63,116 nt of DNA, filler included, from Stramenopiles sp. TOSAG23-2 (GCA_900128395.1; 8 parts of 8 records of this genome joined end to end with filler, not necessarily neighbours in it); one strand, 5' to 3'; shown: positions 43,630 to 56,252, counted from the whole stretch's first letter. Numbers and translations: made by a program. Notes: a model not told the origin generated them from the sequence alone.

Positions 43630-44369
43630 NNNNNNNNNNNNNNNNNNNNNNNNNNNNNNNNNNNNNNNNNNNNNNNNNNNNNNNNNNNNNNNNNNNNNNN
43701 NNNNNNNNNNNNNNNNNNNNNNNNNNNNNNNNNNNNNNNNNNNNNNNNNNNNNNNNNNNNNNNNNNNNNNNNNNNNNNNNNNNNNNNNNNNNNNNNNNNN
43801 NNNNNNNNNNNNNNNNNNNNNNNNNNNNNNNNNNNNNNNNNNNNNNNNNNNNNNNNNNNNNNNNNNNNNNNNNNNNNNNNNNNNNNNNNNNNNNNNNNNN
43901 NNNNNNNNNNNNNNNNNNNNNNNNNNNNNNNNNNNNNNNNNNNNNNNNNNNNNNNNNNNNNNNNNNNNNNNNNNNNNNNNNNNNNNNNNNNNNNNNNNNN
44001 NNNNNNNNNNNNNNNNNNNNNNNNNNNNNNNNNNNNNNNNNNNNNNNNNNNNNNNNNNNNNNNNNNNNNNNNNNNNNNNNNNNNNNNNNNNNNNNNNNNN
44101 NNNNNNNNNNNNNNNNNNNNNNNNNNNNNNNNNNNNNNNNNNNNNNNNNNNNNNNNNNNNNNNNNNNNNNNNNNNNNNNNNNNNNNNNNNNNNNNNNNNN
44201 NNNNNNNNNNNNNNNNNNNNNNNNNNNNNNNNNNNNNNNNNNNNNNNNNNNNNNNNNNNNNNNNNNNNNNNNNNNNNNNNNNNNNNNNNNNNNNNNNNNN
44301 NNNNNNNNNNNNNNNNNNNNNNNNNNNNNNNNNNNNNNNNNNNNNNNNNNNNNNNNNNNNNNNNNNNNN
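43630..44369. other. Scaffold gap (740 N)
   Basis: N run. Confidence 0.95.
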
Positions 44370-44801
44370 ATTATTAACATTATTTTGTAAATTATCCACG
44401 GTGTCTTTATTTTCGTTGTTATTACCATCTCCATTTTCACTAGCAAGAAAAATGGATGTTTTATCTAAAGTTTTTTTCAATTGTTTTACTTGGTCACTAT
44501 TTAATATATGTTCAACAGAATGTGTTACACGTCCAACAGCACCAGTTGCTGTTTCATATCCTTCAGTAGCACATGATACAATGACAAAATCATTACGTTT
44601 CACCCATATCAACTTTCTAAATTTTGTTGGTAAGCGCGCAAGCGCCTTTTCGCCATGTGACGTTAATATTTCAAAAATATTACCACCATGGCTTTGACCA
44701 ACTTGTGCATATACTTCACCTTCATTTGGTACACGTTCTGAATCAGTAAAATCTTGTGTAACATGTTTTCGATATTTAGTACGTCTTTTAGCACCAGACA
44801 T
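44370..44801 (-). CDS. EIF1AD: eIF1A-domain RNA-binding protein; 3' end lost in the gap
   Basis: MSGAKRRTKYRKHV, GGNIFEI and LARLPTKFRKLIWVKRNDFVIV are characteristic of EIF1AD. Confidence 0.88.
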
Positions 44802-45547
44802 TGTATATATACGTGTGTGTGTGTGTGTATCTGAATACGTGTATGTATGCGTATGCGTCTTCAAACAAAACAAAAATTAAAAACTCTCCAAATATGAATG
44901 GAATAAAAGATGCTTTTCTAAAAATCAAACAAAACTATTTACAAAAAATTAATTGATGCCATCTGATGCCATCCATCTCCTTCTTAATTATTAATTTGGT
45001 AATATAATATATATATGCGCGCTGGATTGGCAACATTGGCACATTGTGCGATTGGAAAAAATAAAAAATTAAAATGATTTGAGTTTATTTAAGGTTGTGC
45101 AGTTGCTGTGCTTGCTGGCTGCCAGGGCTGCGGGCTTGCCAGCTTCATGATGTCTGGATGTGAATTGTAGACGTGTCTCGAACACCTTAATTATCTGCTA
45201 GCATATACACACCATTAGTGCTGCTAATTCCTTCTACGTATAGGATGTGCGTGCGTTTGTGCCAGAAATGCTGGAAATGATCGATCGATCATCAAAATAC
45301 CGCGCGCAGGCCGCAGCAGGAGGAGGAGTTTTTAAGACAACAACACTAAATTCACTATAAAGCAGTTATAATTATTATATAACATATATATATTAATTTT
45401 ATTAATATATAATATCATATATTTATTTTGTAATGTGTATGTTAATACTACAAGCCGGGCTAATAGAAACATAATTCTTCGAATAAGTAAAAGCTTTGTT
45501 TTTTCATAGTTACAACGGGAAAAAAAAAAAAAAGTTTTGCCAGATTG

Positions 45548-46426
45548 ATGATACAAAACAGAATTGTTCCTGCACAAAATAATAATAATATGCAACAATA
45601 TAATAATAATAATGTTGGAACTATTCCACCACAGGCAACGATGGTATATGGGATACCGTTGCCACCTACTGCATCTACGGCTGAAATACGATTAGTGCGT
45701 ACAGTCATGCGCTTATCGGCAATCATGGCACTCGTTGCGATTATACAACAAGTTACGTTAATGGCAACAGGTCAATTTCAAGCACAAAATACGTTATCTA
45801 TCATTGTGTCTTTAATGGTTCCTGCTTGTGGATGGTATGGTGCAAAAGAACGTAATAAATTCTTTTTGCAAATTTTTTCTTGTATGAATTGGTGCAATGC
45901 GCTTGTATTTGGCCTTGAATTTATAAGCGTATTAATGTTTTTTGATTTTGAATATCATGAATGTCTAAAGTGCCAAGAGGCTAAAGCAAGGGCTGTTAAA
46001 AATGCTCAAAACTATACGAACAATTGTAAAATAGATTGGCAAAATAGTGAAGATAAAGAATTGGATCCAACTAATTGCGATCAATATAGAAGTGGCGCTG
46101 GTGTAGTATTGATATTAATTATATGGTTTGCATTGATTATATTTTATTCTTACAATGGAATATTATCGTCTCGATTGTCAAATATGGATGTATTCGTTTC
46201 AAGTCGTGTACATGCTGGTCCACATGGTCAAGTTGCCACACAACAACAAATGATTCAAATGGTTCCTCAAAATTATGCTGGTGCTGGTGCTTACAGTAAC
46301 GGTAGAAATCTAAATCCACCACAATTAGGAAATGTAATAATCGTACAAGAACCCCCGTCTCAGCAGCAGCAACAACAACAACGAATGCAACAAATGGGTA
46401 TTATTCAACAACCACGGGTGAAGTAG
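45548..46426 (+). CDS. Hypothetical ~4-TM membrane protein with a Cys-rich loop and Q-rich tail
   Basis: Four hydrophobic segments, VPACGWYGAK motif, and four Cys in the TM3-TM4 loop. Confidence 0.7.
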   Translation: MIQNRIVPAQNNNNMQQYNNNNVGTIPPQATMVYGIPLPPTASTAEIRLVRTVMRLSAIMALVAIIQQVTLMATGQFQAQNTLSIIVSLMVPACGWYGAKERNKFFLQIFSCMNWCNALVFGLEFISVLMFFDFEYHECLKCQEAKARAVKNAQNYTNNCKIDWQNSEDKELDPTNCDQYRSGAGVVLILIIWFALIIFYSYNGILSSRLSNMDVFVSSRVHAGPHGQVATQQQMIQMVPQNYAGAGAYSNGRNLNPPQLGNVIIVQEPPSQQQQQQQRMQQMGIIQQPRVK

Positions 46427-46689
46427 TAGATAGATAACATATTTATGAGAGAGAGAGAGAGAGAGAGAGATGTAAGATTCGCACGCGTGTGTTTCTAGGG
46501 GGTTCTTTTGGAAATAAATATAAAAAAACAAGAAAAAAATATTATTATTTATTTTATAAATACTAGTCGTACAATAACTTGTACCCCGGTACAATTTATT
46601 CTCCGCCTTCCTATAATGATGTTCGTTTTTCATCAACTGCTACGAGTAGTTGATACCATCTATTTACCTTCATTGGTTTTCTCTATTAT

Positions 46690-46789
46690 NNNNNNNNNNN
46701 NNNNNNNNNNNNNNNNNNNNNNNNNNNNNNNNNTTAATTAATTAANNNNNNNNNNNNNNNNNNNNNNNNNNNNNNNNNNNNNNNNNNNN
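46690..46789. other. Artificial contig linker
   Basis: 44N-TTAATTAATTAA-44N. Confidence 0.97.
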
Positions 46790-47247
46790 TATTTGATGAT
46801 TATTTTTATATGATAATAATTCCTGAAATGTTATTGATTTTTTTGAGGCAAAATATCGCCATCACATCGCCATCAATTAAAACTCTGCCTAAGGCTGGGA
46901 GACCACCCAACTCTCAACATCATATTTTTTTGGCCATTCATCATCCCACAGTACAGTGGATCAGCAAAAAAGAGCCAGAAGCGCCAACAACAAACATGAA
47001 TGAAGAATTTTTTAAAAATATAGATATGTGCATATATCATATACAGTGAGTGTGTAAAGTAAATATTATATTATTAGGTAAAATAATACTTAGATAAGAA
47101 CGTTTAACAGTACAAAGAATTATATAATATATATATATATTTAATAATAATACATTGTAGTATATAGATAGGTATACAAAAAAGTTTTACTGGCGAAGAA
47201 CAAATTATATATTATATATATATATATATAAGTCAATTTGAAAGAAA

Positions 47248-49338
47248 ATGCCACCAAAAAAGAAGAAAGGACACGCACGTAAAGGCGGTAAAGATGACGC
47301 GACGTTAACTAGGATTGCCATCATAAGCAGTGAGAAGTGTAAGCCAAAAAAATGCAAACAGGAATGTAAAAAGTATTGTCCAGTAGTGCGCATGGGAAAA
47401 ATTTGCATCGAAGTGGCACCAACTTCTAAAATCGCATGGGTGAGTGAAGAACTGTGTATTGGTTGTGGTATATGTGTCAAGAAATGCCCTTTCAATGCAG
47501 TATCTATTATCAACCTCCCAAAAAATCTACAAGCTGAGACAACTCATAGATATGGACCAAATTCTTTCAAGCTTCATAGATTGCCGTCGCCTAGACCCGG
47601 TCAAGTTCTAGGGCTTGTTGGGACAAACGGTATCGGAAAAAGTACAGCCTTGAAAATCTTGGCTGGTAAACTTAAACCTAACCTTGGTAGGTTCGATAAT
47701 CCACCAGACTGGCAAGAGATTCTTAAATATTTTAGAGGATCTGAACTTCAGAATTATTTCACTAAAATATTGGAAGATAATATAAAATGTGTTATGAAAC
47801 CACAGTGGGTTGATCATATACCGCGAGCTATTAAAGGGCAAGTTGGAAAAATTCTCCGTAGCAAAGATAAACGTGGTTCAATCGATAAAGTTCTTGAATA
47901 CCTTGATTTAAAACATCTTGAAAACCGTGAAAGTAAGTTATTATTATATATCTATACACACACACTTAAAACGTATATAGTCTTATAGCACCAATACCCT
48001 TCGCTCTACAAACAAAATGCAAGGACTAACATTTCTTGGATTAATTTAGTTGCCTATCTGTCTGGTGGCGAACTTCAACGTTTTGCAATTGCCGTCGTAT
48101 CTGTTCAAGATGCAGACATGTATATGTTTGATGAGCCTACTAGTTATTTGGATGTAAAACAACGATTGCAGGCTGGCGTAGTTATTCGGGAACTTCTTGG
48201 TGAAAATTGGGATGATCCAGAAGCGAAAGTGGATGATTCGAAACAAAAAGCAAAATATGTCATTGTAGTAGAACACGATCTTGCTGTGTTAGATTATTTA
48301 TCAGATTACATATGCTGTCTTTATGGTAAACCTGGTGGGTATGGTGTTGTTACCATGCCTTTCAGTGTAAGAGATGGAATAAATATCTTCCTTGCTGGAT
48401 TTATTCCAACTGAAAATTTGAGATTTCGCGATACCGGGCTTAGTTTCAAAGTACAATCAGTAACAGACCATTCTTCCAAGAAAAGCAGTAAGCAAGAGGC
48501 TGGGAAAAAACCAGTAGAGATAGGAACGACTACATATCCGAGCATGACCAAAACAATGGTATCAAAGAAGAAAAAATCAAAATTTATTTTGCATGTAAAG
48601 GAGGGTTCCTTTAAAGAAGGTGAGATTATTGTATTACTAGGGGAAAACGGTTGTGGAAAAACGACATTTATACGCATGTTAGCTGGCATACAAAAAGCTG
48701 ATGGTGCTGATGGGGAGGATGCAGATTCAAAATCAAAAGGCGTCCCTGAGCTACACGTCAGTTACAAGCCCCAAAAAATTCAGCCGAAATTCAGAGGCAC
48801 AGTTCGTGAATTGCTACAAAATAAAATACGAAAAGCTATGGCACATACACAATTTCAAACAGATGTTATGAAACCAATGTCTATTGAACCAATCATTGAT
48901 AACGAAGTTAAGACCTTGTCTGGTGGGGAATTGCAACGGGTGGCAATAACATTATCGTTAGGTGTGCCAGCTCAAGTATATCTAATTGATGAACCTTCGG
49001 CATATTTGGACTCTGAACAGCGTATTACTGCTGCTAAAGTCATTAAGCGATATATCATTAATGCAAAGAAGACGGCATTTATAGTAGAGCACGATTTTAT
49101 CATGGCCACATATTTAGCAGACAGAGTAGTAGTTTATACAGGACAACCAGGGATTGAATGTACTGCTGGCAACCCAACAAATTTACTTCAAGGCATGAAT
49201 CAATTTTTAAAGCAGCTAAATGTAACATTTAGACGAGATCCAACAAATTTCCGTCCAAGGATTAATAAATTAAATTCTCAAAAAGATAAAGAGCAAAAAG
49301 CTAAAGGTGCATATTTTTTCTTGGATTCAGAGACTTAA
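47248..49338 (+). CDS. ABCE1: ABCE1/RLI1 ribosome recycling ATPase; exons 47248-47932 and 48050-49338
   Basis: Fe-S motifs [15 protein letters not shown] and [12 protein letters not shown], Walker A GTNGIGKS and GENGCGKT, and LSGGELQR twice. Intron 47933-48049 restores the frame. Confidence 0.97.
47933..48049 (+). other. Spliceosomal intron (117 nt, phase 1)
   Basis: GTAAGT donor, GACTAAC branch site, TTTAG acceptor. Confidence 0.9.
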
Positions 49339-50245
49339 TGTTTGGTGTAAGAATTTTGTGATATTTTTGGGGAAATATTTTCTTATTACATCATTTTAAA
49401 TATATATATATATATATGATATGCATATTAAACATGTGTATATATATATATATAATATTTACCGAACGCGTACAAATCTTGTTGCGAATACGTATATAAT
49501 AATAATATAAGTACGAAGCGTCCGTATGATACTCGTATGAGATCAGGTGTATATTTTAATTTTTAAAAATAATATAATACTTCGTATAAGTAAAGCTAAT
49601 ATGCATTAAAAAAAATAAAAAAAATACACGCGTATATTTTATATTTAAAATAATACGTAATAAAAATAAGTAAAAAATCTCCTCCTTTTTTTTTGATAAA
49701 ATAATAATGATGTGTTTAAAATCTCTAATATAAAAGTTGATGGTTAAAATCTAAGTTAATCATATATATATATCATATCATATATATATATATGCATATA
49801 TATTATACGAATTCGTAATAATTTTACTCGTGTAAAATATATATGCTTTGCTCAATATTTGATAAAAGTACGAGTAAATATATAAATGACATCATATAAT
49901 ATATATAAATGCATATTTATTGAATACGAACTTCGTATACGTCGTATCATATTTAAAAAATAATATTTTTATTTCATATCGTGTGTGTAAGGATTTTAAA
50001 AAAATAAAAAAATGTATCATAGGATGTGTGCGTAAAATTAAAAATTTTACACGCACACAAAAGCAATTCGAATATTTTTTTCTTACGAGACACCTCTTAT
50101 AATTTTCGTACAGGTATTATTCACACTCACACTACAACATTATTTTTAATTAAACAAACAAACACACACACACACACACGCACAAGGAATTACACACTGC
50201 ACCAAAACTATTTTTTTTTTGTCTCTCTATTGCAGCAGGATTTTT

Positions 50246-53200
50246 TTATTTTTTTTCTTCCTCGTCTATAAATGAAACGAAATTCTCAATATTTTCAAAC
50301 ATTTCTATTTGTGGTTTCTTCCATAAAAAGTCTATAGATTTTTTTGAAGAATTTAATTTTAACAACAATCTATTATTGCGCAAATGAGCCCTTATGTTTT
50401 GTACACATTTCATTCCTTCATTGTTATATGACATTTCTAATACAGCTGTAGCTTTTTCCAAAACTTCCGATAAATCCAATGGGGTCCTTAAATGATCAAT
50501 TTCATATGCTAAAGAGTCTAACAATGCTTTTGATACAGTTAAACCTGGCCATCCATACTTCTGCTGCTTCAATTTGCCAAAATCAGCACTGTTTTGATAT
50601 TTTGTATAATTGCGTTTTCTTTTTCGCTTCAATTTCCAAGTCTCTAATAAAGCAAATGCTTCCTCGGTGTCTCTGTTCGTAGCAAACACATATGCTGCAC
50701 TTATGTAACCTTTGTCAGTCGGTATCATTCCTTTGCTTGATAATTCTTCCAAAATTGACCTCGTGGTTTTAATATCTACAACTCTTGCAGCACCTTCCAA
50801 GAGTAAGGATAAAGTAGACGCGCCAGGTTTTAAATTTGCATCTTTTGTCTCTTTCATTTTTTCAACAACTCGTTTTGCTTTTGCCAATTCTTGGCAGCGC
50901 ACAAGACCAAATAAATATGCTTCGTATGTAAACACGTCCATTTGCAATCCATTTTCTGGACTTTTCAGCTCTTTGTGCATCGTTTCGAGAAGTTTTAAAT
51001 GTTTTGCTCTACCGGCACCGTAAAATAAGTTTGTAAATGTTTTTAAATTTGGTCGAATTCCATTTTTTTTCATGGAACCAAAAATATACATAGCTCCATC
51101 AATATCAACGCTAAATATCTTGGACGATTTTGAAGCATTTGATGCGTCTATCTTATCAATTGTATTACTACTAGCACTTTTCGGGGTACAATATGATTTA
51201 ATGACATTATTGTACAAATCTATAGAAATTTTGATATTTCGACGTTCCATTTCATGTATAATCTTTTTACACCCTGGTAAATAATTCACTTCGATACATG
51301 CATGCAAGACAAGGGTGTATAAGTCATCCCCTGGGCGGATGCCTTGCCTTTTCATTTCAATTAATAATTGACATGTTTTTTCTGCATCACCACTATCTTT
51401 GTAGGCATTTGTTAAGGCTATCCAGGATTCTCTTGTTACTGGCATTCCTAATCGTACCATTTTGTCAAAAATTTCTTGTGAGAATCGAGGCCTTTTGGCA
51501 CGACCACTTGCAGAAATTAATTCATGAAAACAGTCTTGGGGTGGTAATAAATTGCTTTTCAGGCAAATGTAAAGCACCCGCCTTGCCGATTTCAGTTGTG
51601 GGGGATAAGCTCTGCACAACGTTTTGATTAAATCAGTCATTGCTTTAACATTGACAGTCTCTTTCTTTGCGGCAACAGATTTGCCTTTATTATGCCCTTT
51701 TGCAGCTAGCCGAAGTCTCGTTTTAATATTATCTATGTCCATTGTTGAAGATCCTAAATTTACTTTGAGGTTTTTTCCAGCAGGTGCATTTTTCGGAATT
51801 AATGCCGCCTCGACTAATTCCTGAACCATTTCATTGGCTCTATCTGTATTTCCAATGCGAACATAAGCACTTATTAAGGAACCATGGCATTCTCCCAGTA
51901 ATGTAATCCCAAAAGTTTTCATAATTTCAACAATGTTTAAAGCTTCATCAATATGCAATCCTCTACAAAATGCAGTTACTAATTTGGAACAGGACTCTGA
52001 TAAGGACGGGATGGAAGAGGTACTGTTTTGTTTCTTTGGAAAATGTTTCCGGAATGACTTTCTTCTATCGTTATGTGAATTAGACGAAATTTCCTCCCAG
52101 TTCGTTTTTTTGAGTGTTTCATTTGCAACATTTAATGGGTCTAAGAATTCAACCGCTTTCAGTTTATTATCATCTAAAATAATTAAATCATCATTATCAT
52201 CATCTCCATTTTTATGATCTTCATTAGTATAAATAAATTTGTCTAACAAGACACAACCATATACTATACTACTTAATGAATATTGATCATGTTCCACATT
52301 ATTTTCGATCAACAAGTTATTTAACTCTACGAAACTATCCACTGAAGCCACAGATGCAAAAGTCAATATTGCAAAACCTATTGTCTTCGAAGAGACTGAA
52401 TTTGCATCCTCTTTGATTTTTTCCAATACAAATGTCTGTGCCACTTCAACAGATTTACTTGCATATGCCCCTTCCAATAAAATTTCGAAAGTCTTAAAAT
52501 TAGTAGATGTACCGACTTCCTCCATGTATTTGACAATTGAAACTGCTTCTACCATGTTAAACCGTTTGCAATGCGCATCAATCAAAGCATTGTACACAGA
52601 TACATCTACTGATACCCCAGAGCGTTTAATTGATTCGAAATGTTCTACAGCTAAATCAATTTTATTTGCCTTGACACATGCATTTAGCAATATTGATTGA
52701 CTTCGGGGATTTGGTTTGACGTCGAATACACGATGCATACGTGCACTAAATTTGAAAGCCTCATCAGGACTGTTTTTTCCTTTGTCTCCAAAATATACTA
52801 AAAATGTATTTACATCTAAAATACTCGGAATATCATTTGCAACGGCATGTATATCATTTGATGTCCTTTTTGTTGCATTTAAGTATTCTTTCTCCATGTG
52901 TTTCACTAACTCTAATGCATTTTTCCATTGCTTTGTATACAGATACCCAGATAATAAAAAACGTTTTAAACCAATATTTTCATTTCCCAAAACATTTTCA
53001 ATTTTATCTAAATAGATTTGCTCCGATTCTAAGTTTTGTTTTTCCTTGATCATTTTTTTAAGCATAGTCTCGCAAAACGTTTCATTTGCTTCTTTTCTAC
53101 CAAAAAATCCAATTTCTTTACTTTTCATTTCTTCAATTTCTTTTATCGCTTCATTAATTTTATCATTTTTGCATAGTGCATTTACCATAAGTGTATGATC

Positions 53201-55459
53201 CTTGATGATAAATTTTAAACGTGCTTTTAACATTTCCTTCTTTATAAAATACATGCCATCAATATCGTTTGTATGGTATTTAGCCAATAAAAGCGAACGA
53301 TACGCTCCAGCTCTACATGGGATACCTAACCGTTGCATTTCTTGTAGAATTTGATACGCTAACGTAATTTCTCCAATTCTTGAAAACATAGAAGACAATG
53401 AGTCATATACAATTTCATTCGGTATAACACCAGATCGTTTCATTTGCACTATAACTTTACGGGCAAACTGAACACAAGGATTTTTCTCCTTTAATTCAAT
53501 TTTAAATGTGTTCTCATTTTTCTCAGCCAAATATTCAAACATGTCTAACGCGGACTGTATTGGGGGTTTTTCGCCATGAAGCCGGCATGACGAAAATATT
53601 TGTAATGCCATTTCAGTGTCATTGCATAACAAACTTATTTGAATGGCGATTGTTATTATGTCCGCAGTTGGCCATACACGTTCTCTTTTCATTTGTTTCA
53701 ACATTTCGAACGTATCGATTGGAAATTGTCTTAAACTTCGTTGTAAGATTCGCTTGCCGATGAATGGAGTGTTTGGGTCTTTCAGCTGATTTATTGTATT
53801 ATGACAGGTTTCTTTCATAGAGTCCAAGTTTCGTATAAATGATTTCATTTCATCAGATGCAATATTTTCTTGTGATGCTTTTGCTAAATTTAACATGCGT
53901 TTTTCAAAACTTGCACCCACTTTTTTGTCTACTATTTTTGTTTCTTGCGATAAATCTTCTACTACATCTTTGTTATTGGTACCCTCGATACTTGAAATTG
54001 GAGAAGCTTTGGTGGAAGAACTACTTTCAGTTTCTAGTGTATATTTCCAAAAATCTAAACCTCCATCATTGTATCCAATAGATATCATATCAGTATGCTT
54101 ACTTGTGCTTGTTGATATTGACGTTGGTACTCCGCTATTTCCTGGTTTTAGCATATGTAAAACTTCCCCGGTATCCATGGATACAGCAACAGTACGATGC
54201 ACAGATCCATATTTTTTTGAGTTTGAGCCTGAAATTATTAAAGACCGGATGCCGTGGTCTGGACTGTACATTATTTTCGAAAGTTGAATATCTTCGATAT
54301 GATCATGAAGGTCCTCATTTGTCTTTGAATTGTTTATATCAACATAATTTAATTCCCGTATCTTTAAACCCATGCGAAGGTCATGTACAACCATTATATC
54401 TAAGTTTGAGCGATGTCCACTGGTATGAGATGAAGTGAAATTTGTTATTGCATTTGTAAATGGATGGAAACTTTCTCGTTTTTTTCTATTGGGAATAGCG
54501 TGAAGTTTTACTGCGATATTCAACGACGCGCGTCTTAAACGGTGGCTTACTGTTTTTGCAAGTTTTTGTCCTAATATTGGTTTTAAATTTTTTGTTGATT
54601 TTGATTGTACGTGGGCAGATCGAAGAAGGTCATGTTTGTATTTTCCATTGTTGCCAAGTTTATCAAGCGTTATGTCGTTATCATTATCATATTCTAAAGA
54701 GTTGTAATTATAATGAGATATTCCAGTACTATATATGACTCCATTGTCATGCACAACTTCTCCCACTGGGCTACGGTGACCTTCCATTATTTGTATACAA
54801 GGATCAGGTAGCCTGGTATCCCATAATCGGATTGTTTTGTCTAATGATGAGGACAAAAGTATCGTACGACTAGGCCCCCATGAATTAAGAACTTTAGTCG
54901 ATGTTACGGTGTCTGTATGGCTTCGTAATATCCGTGCACAGTCTCCAAATTCCCGTTGCCACACGCGTATTGTGGGTTCTCTTTGTCGGGATATTGTCTC
55001 CCGGCTTGAGCTGATAAGCAGCTCTTCAAAAATTATCATATTGTTTACATTATCTACTTTGCGATCATGACCTCTTTTCCCTAAAGAATTTGAATTTCTA
55101 AACGTCGTACAAATACTCCCAGTTAACAAATCAAAGCAACGAATTAAACCACCTTTAGTTCCAGTATAAAGTCTACCCGCACCATCGTCTTCAAAACTGG
55201 CTGAAAGACACTGTACAGGATCGTTTATTCCTCCTGAAATTGCTGTAGAAGTAAAATACTCAAAGACACATTCATTTTGATACGAATCCCAACATTGTAT
55301 ATGGCCATCGGAAGATACAGAAAATAAATATTGATCTTTTAGGGTTCTATTTTTTGCAACTTTGCCAGGAATAACTCCACAACCAATACAATCAACAACT
55401 GCCGAATCGTGTCCAAACTCAGGGGAAACAGATAAAAATGTTTTTCGACTTGTGTTCAT
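50246..55459 (-). CDS. WD40-repeat plus pentatricopeptide-repeat (PPR) protein
   Basis: N-terminal WD40 (GHDSAV...CWD, SHTDTV...SSSLDKTIRLWD) followed by many PPR motifs, e.g. YNALIDAHCKRFNMVEAVSIVKYMEE and MKKNGIRPNLKTFTNL. ATG at 55459. Confidence 0.85.
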   Translation of the reverse strand: MNTSRKTFLSVSPEFGHDSAVVDCIGCGVIPGKVAKNRTLKDQYLFSVSSDGHIQCWDSYQNECVFEYFTSTAISGGINDPVQCLSASFEDDGAGRLYTGTKGGLIRCFDLLTGSICTTFRNSNSLGKRGHDRKVDNVNNMIIFEELLISSSRETISRQREPTIRVWQREFGDCARILRSHTDTVTSTKVLNSWGPSRTILLSSSLDKTIRLWDTRLPDPCIQIMEGHRSPVGEVVHDNGVIYSTGISHYNYNSLEYDNDNDITLDKLGNNGKYKHDLLRSAHVQSKSTKNLKPILGQKLAKTVSHRLRRASLNIAVKLHAIPNRKKRESFHPFTNAITNFTSSHTSGHRSNLDIMVVHDLRMGLKIRELNYVDINNSKTNEDLHDHIEDIQLSKIMYSPDHGIRSLIISGSNSKKYGSVHRTVAVSMDTGEVLHMLKPGNSGVPTSISTSTSKHTDMISIGYNDGGLDFWKYTLETESSSSTKASPISSIEGTNNKDVVEDLSQETKIVDKKVGASFEKRMLNLAKASQENIASDEMKSFIRNLDSMKETCHNTINQLKDPNTPFIGKRILQRSLRQFPIDTFEMLKQMKRERVWPTADIITIAIQISLLCNDTEMALQIFSSCRLHGEKPPIQSALDMFEYLAEKNENTFKIELKEKNPCVQFARKVIVQMKRSGVIPNEIVYDSLSSMFSRIGEITLAYQILQEMQRLGIPCRAGAYRSLLLAKYHTNDIDGMYFIKKEMLKARLKFIIKDHTLMVNALCKNDKINEAIKEIEEMKSKEIGFFGRKEANETFCETMLKKMIKEKQNLESEQIYLDKIENVLGNENIGLKRFLLSGYLYTKQWKNALELVKHMEKEYLNATKRTSNDIHAVANDIPSILDVNTFLVYFGDKGKNSPDEAFKFSARMHRVFDVKPNPRSQSILLNACVKANKIDLAVEHFESIKRSGVSVDVSVYNALIDAHCKRFNMVEAVSIVKYMEEVGTSTNFKTFEILLEGAYASKSVEVAQTFVLEKIKEDANSVSSKTIGFAILTFASVASVDSFVELNNLLIENNVEHDQYSLSSIVYGCVLLDKFIYTNEDHKNGDDDNDDLIILDDNKLKAVEFLDPLNVANETLKKTNWEEISSNSHNDRRKSFRKHFPKKQNSTSSIPSLSESCSKLVTAFCRGLHIDEALNIVEIMKTFGITLLGECHGSLISAYVRIGNTDRANEMVQELVEAALIPKNAPAGKNLKVNLGSSTMDIDNIKTRLRLAAKGHNKGKSVAAKKETVNVKAMTDLIKTLCRAYPPQLKSARRVLYICLKSNLLPPQDCFHELISASGRAKRPRFSQEIFDKMVRLGMPVTRESWIALTNAYKDSGDAEKTCQLLIEMKRQGIRPGDDLYTLVLHACIEVNYLPGCKKIIHEMERRNIKISIDLYNNVIKSYCTPKSASSNTIDKIDASNASKSSKIFSVDIDGAMYIFGSMKKNGIRPNLKTFTNLFYGAGRAKHLKLLETMHKELKSPENGLQMDVFTYEAYLFGLVRCQELAKAKRVVEKMKETKDANLKPGASTLSLLLEGAARVVDIKTTRSILEELSSKGMIPTDKGYISAAYVFATNRDTEEAFALLETWKLKRKRKRNYTKYQNSADFGKLKQQKYGWPGLTVSKALLDSLAYEIDHLRTPLDLSEVLEKATAVLEMSYNNEGMKCVQNIRAHLRNNRLLLKLNSSKKSIDFLWKKPQIEMFENIENFVSFIDEEEKK

Positions 55460-56252
55460 TGTGTTGAAAGTCTGGTTCTCATTGCGAGTAAAGTAATATA
55501 AAAAAAAGGAGGTGGACAAAGATATTTATATCAAGTTATATATGTATGCGTATTTGTGTGTGATAATATTTTATCTAGAGAGATAGTTTACAGTCTCGAC
55601 ACAACCGTTATTAATCTTCTCTTATTTATATTATAGTGCTATATATTATTATAAAAATTATAATAATAATGGTGGTGGTGCAATGAAGAATATATTACCT
55701 GGTAAATTATTATTATTGTAACAACAATAGACTACCGGTAGTCGACTACGACGACTACGACGACTACGACTACTTATAGGTAGTATTATACTAAATATAT
55801 TATTTTTAAAAAAATGATAAAAGATAAAAGTACGTTTTATTTAATAGTCTGGTGTAGTCGGTAGTGTTATATATTTAATATTTTAATACTCCTATTTATA
55901 TTATAGTATCATGTTGTATGTTGTTCAGGTTTTAGGTGTTGTTTTTTAGGTTGCTTCTTATCTTGAATAGCAGTTAGTCTGATAGTCTGCATCGTCAGAC
56001 TCTCTTTCTCGAAAGAAAGAGTTATTATAGCTACTATTGCAGGCTGGGCAGGCCCAGCAGGCCCAACAGGCGGCTTCCAAAAATAAAAAAATATAGCCAG
56101 AGAGAAAGATATGGTATTTTTTTTACATTTTTTATTTAAAAAAATTTAAATTGTATCATATATATATATATCTTTACAAACTTTGTAAAACCAGTTTATA
56201 GAGGACAATACAGAGAAAGTCAAAATTATTTGGAAAATGTACATATCATACA

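Noticed and set aside
55731-55775. GACTACCGGTAGTC palindrome followed by GACTAC/GAC repeats
   Set aside because: Consistent with a simple microsatellite-like expansion; no further support.
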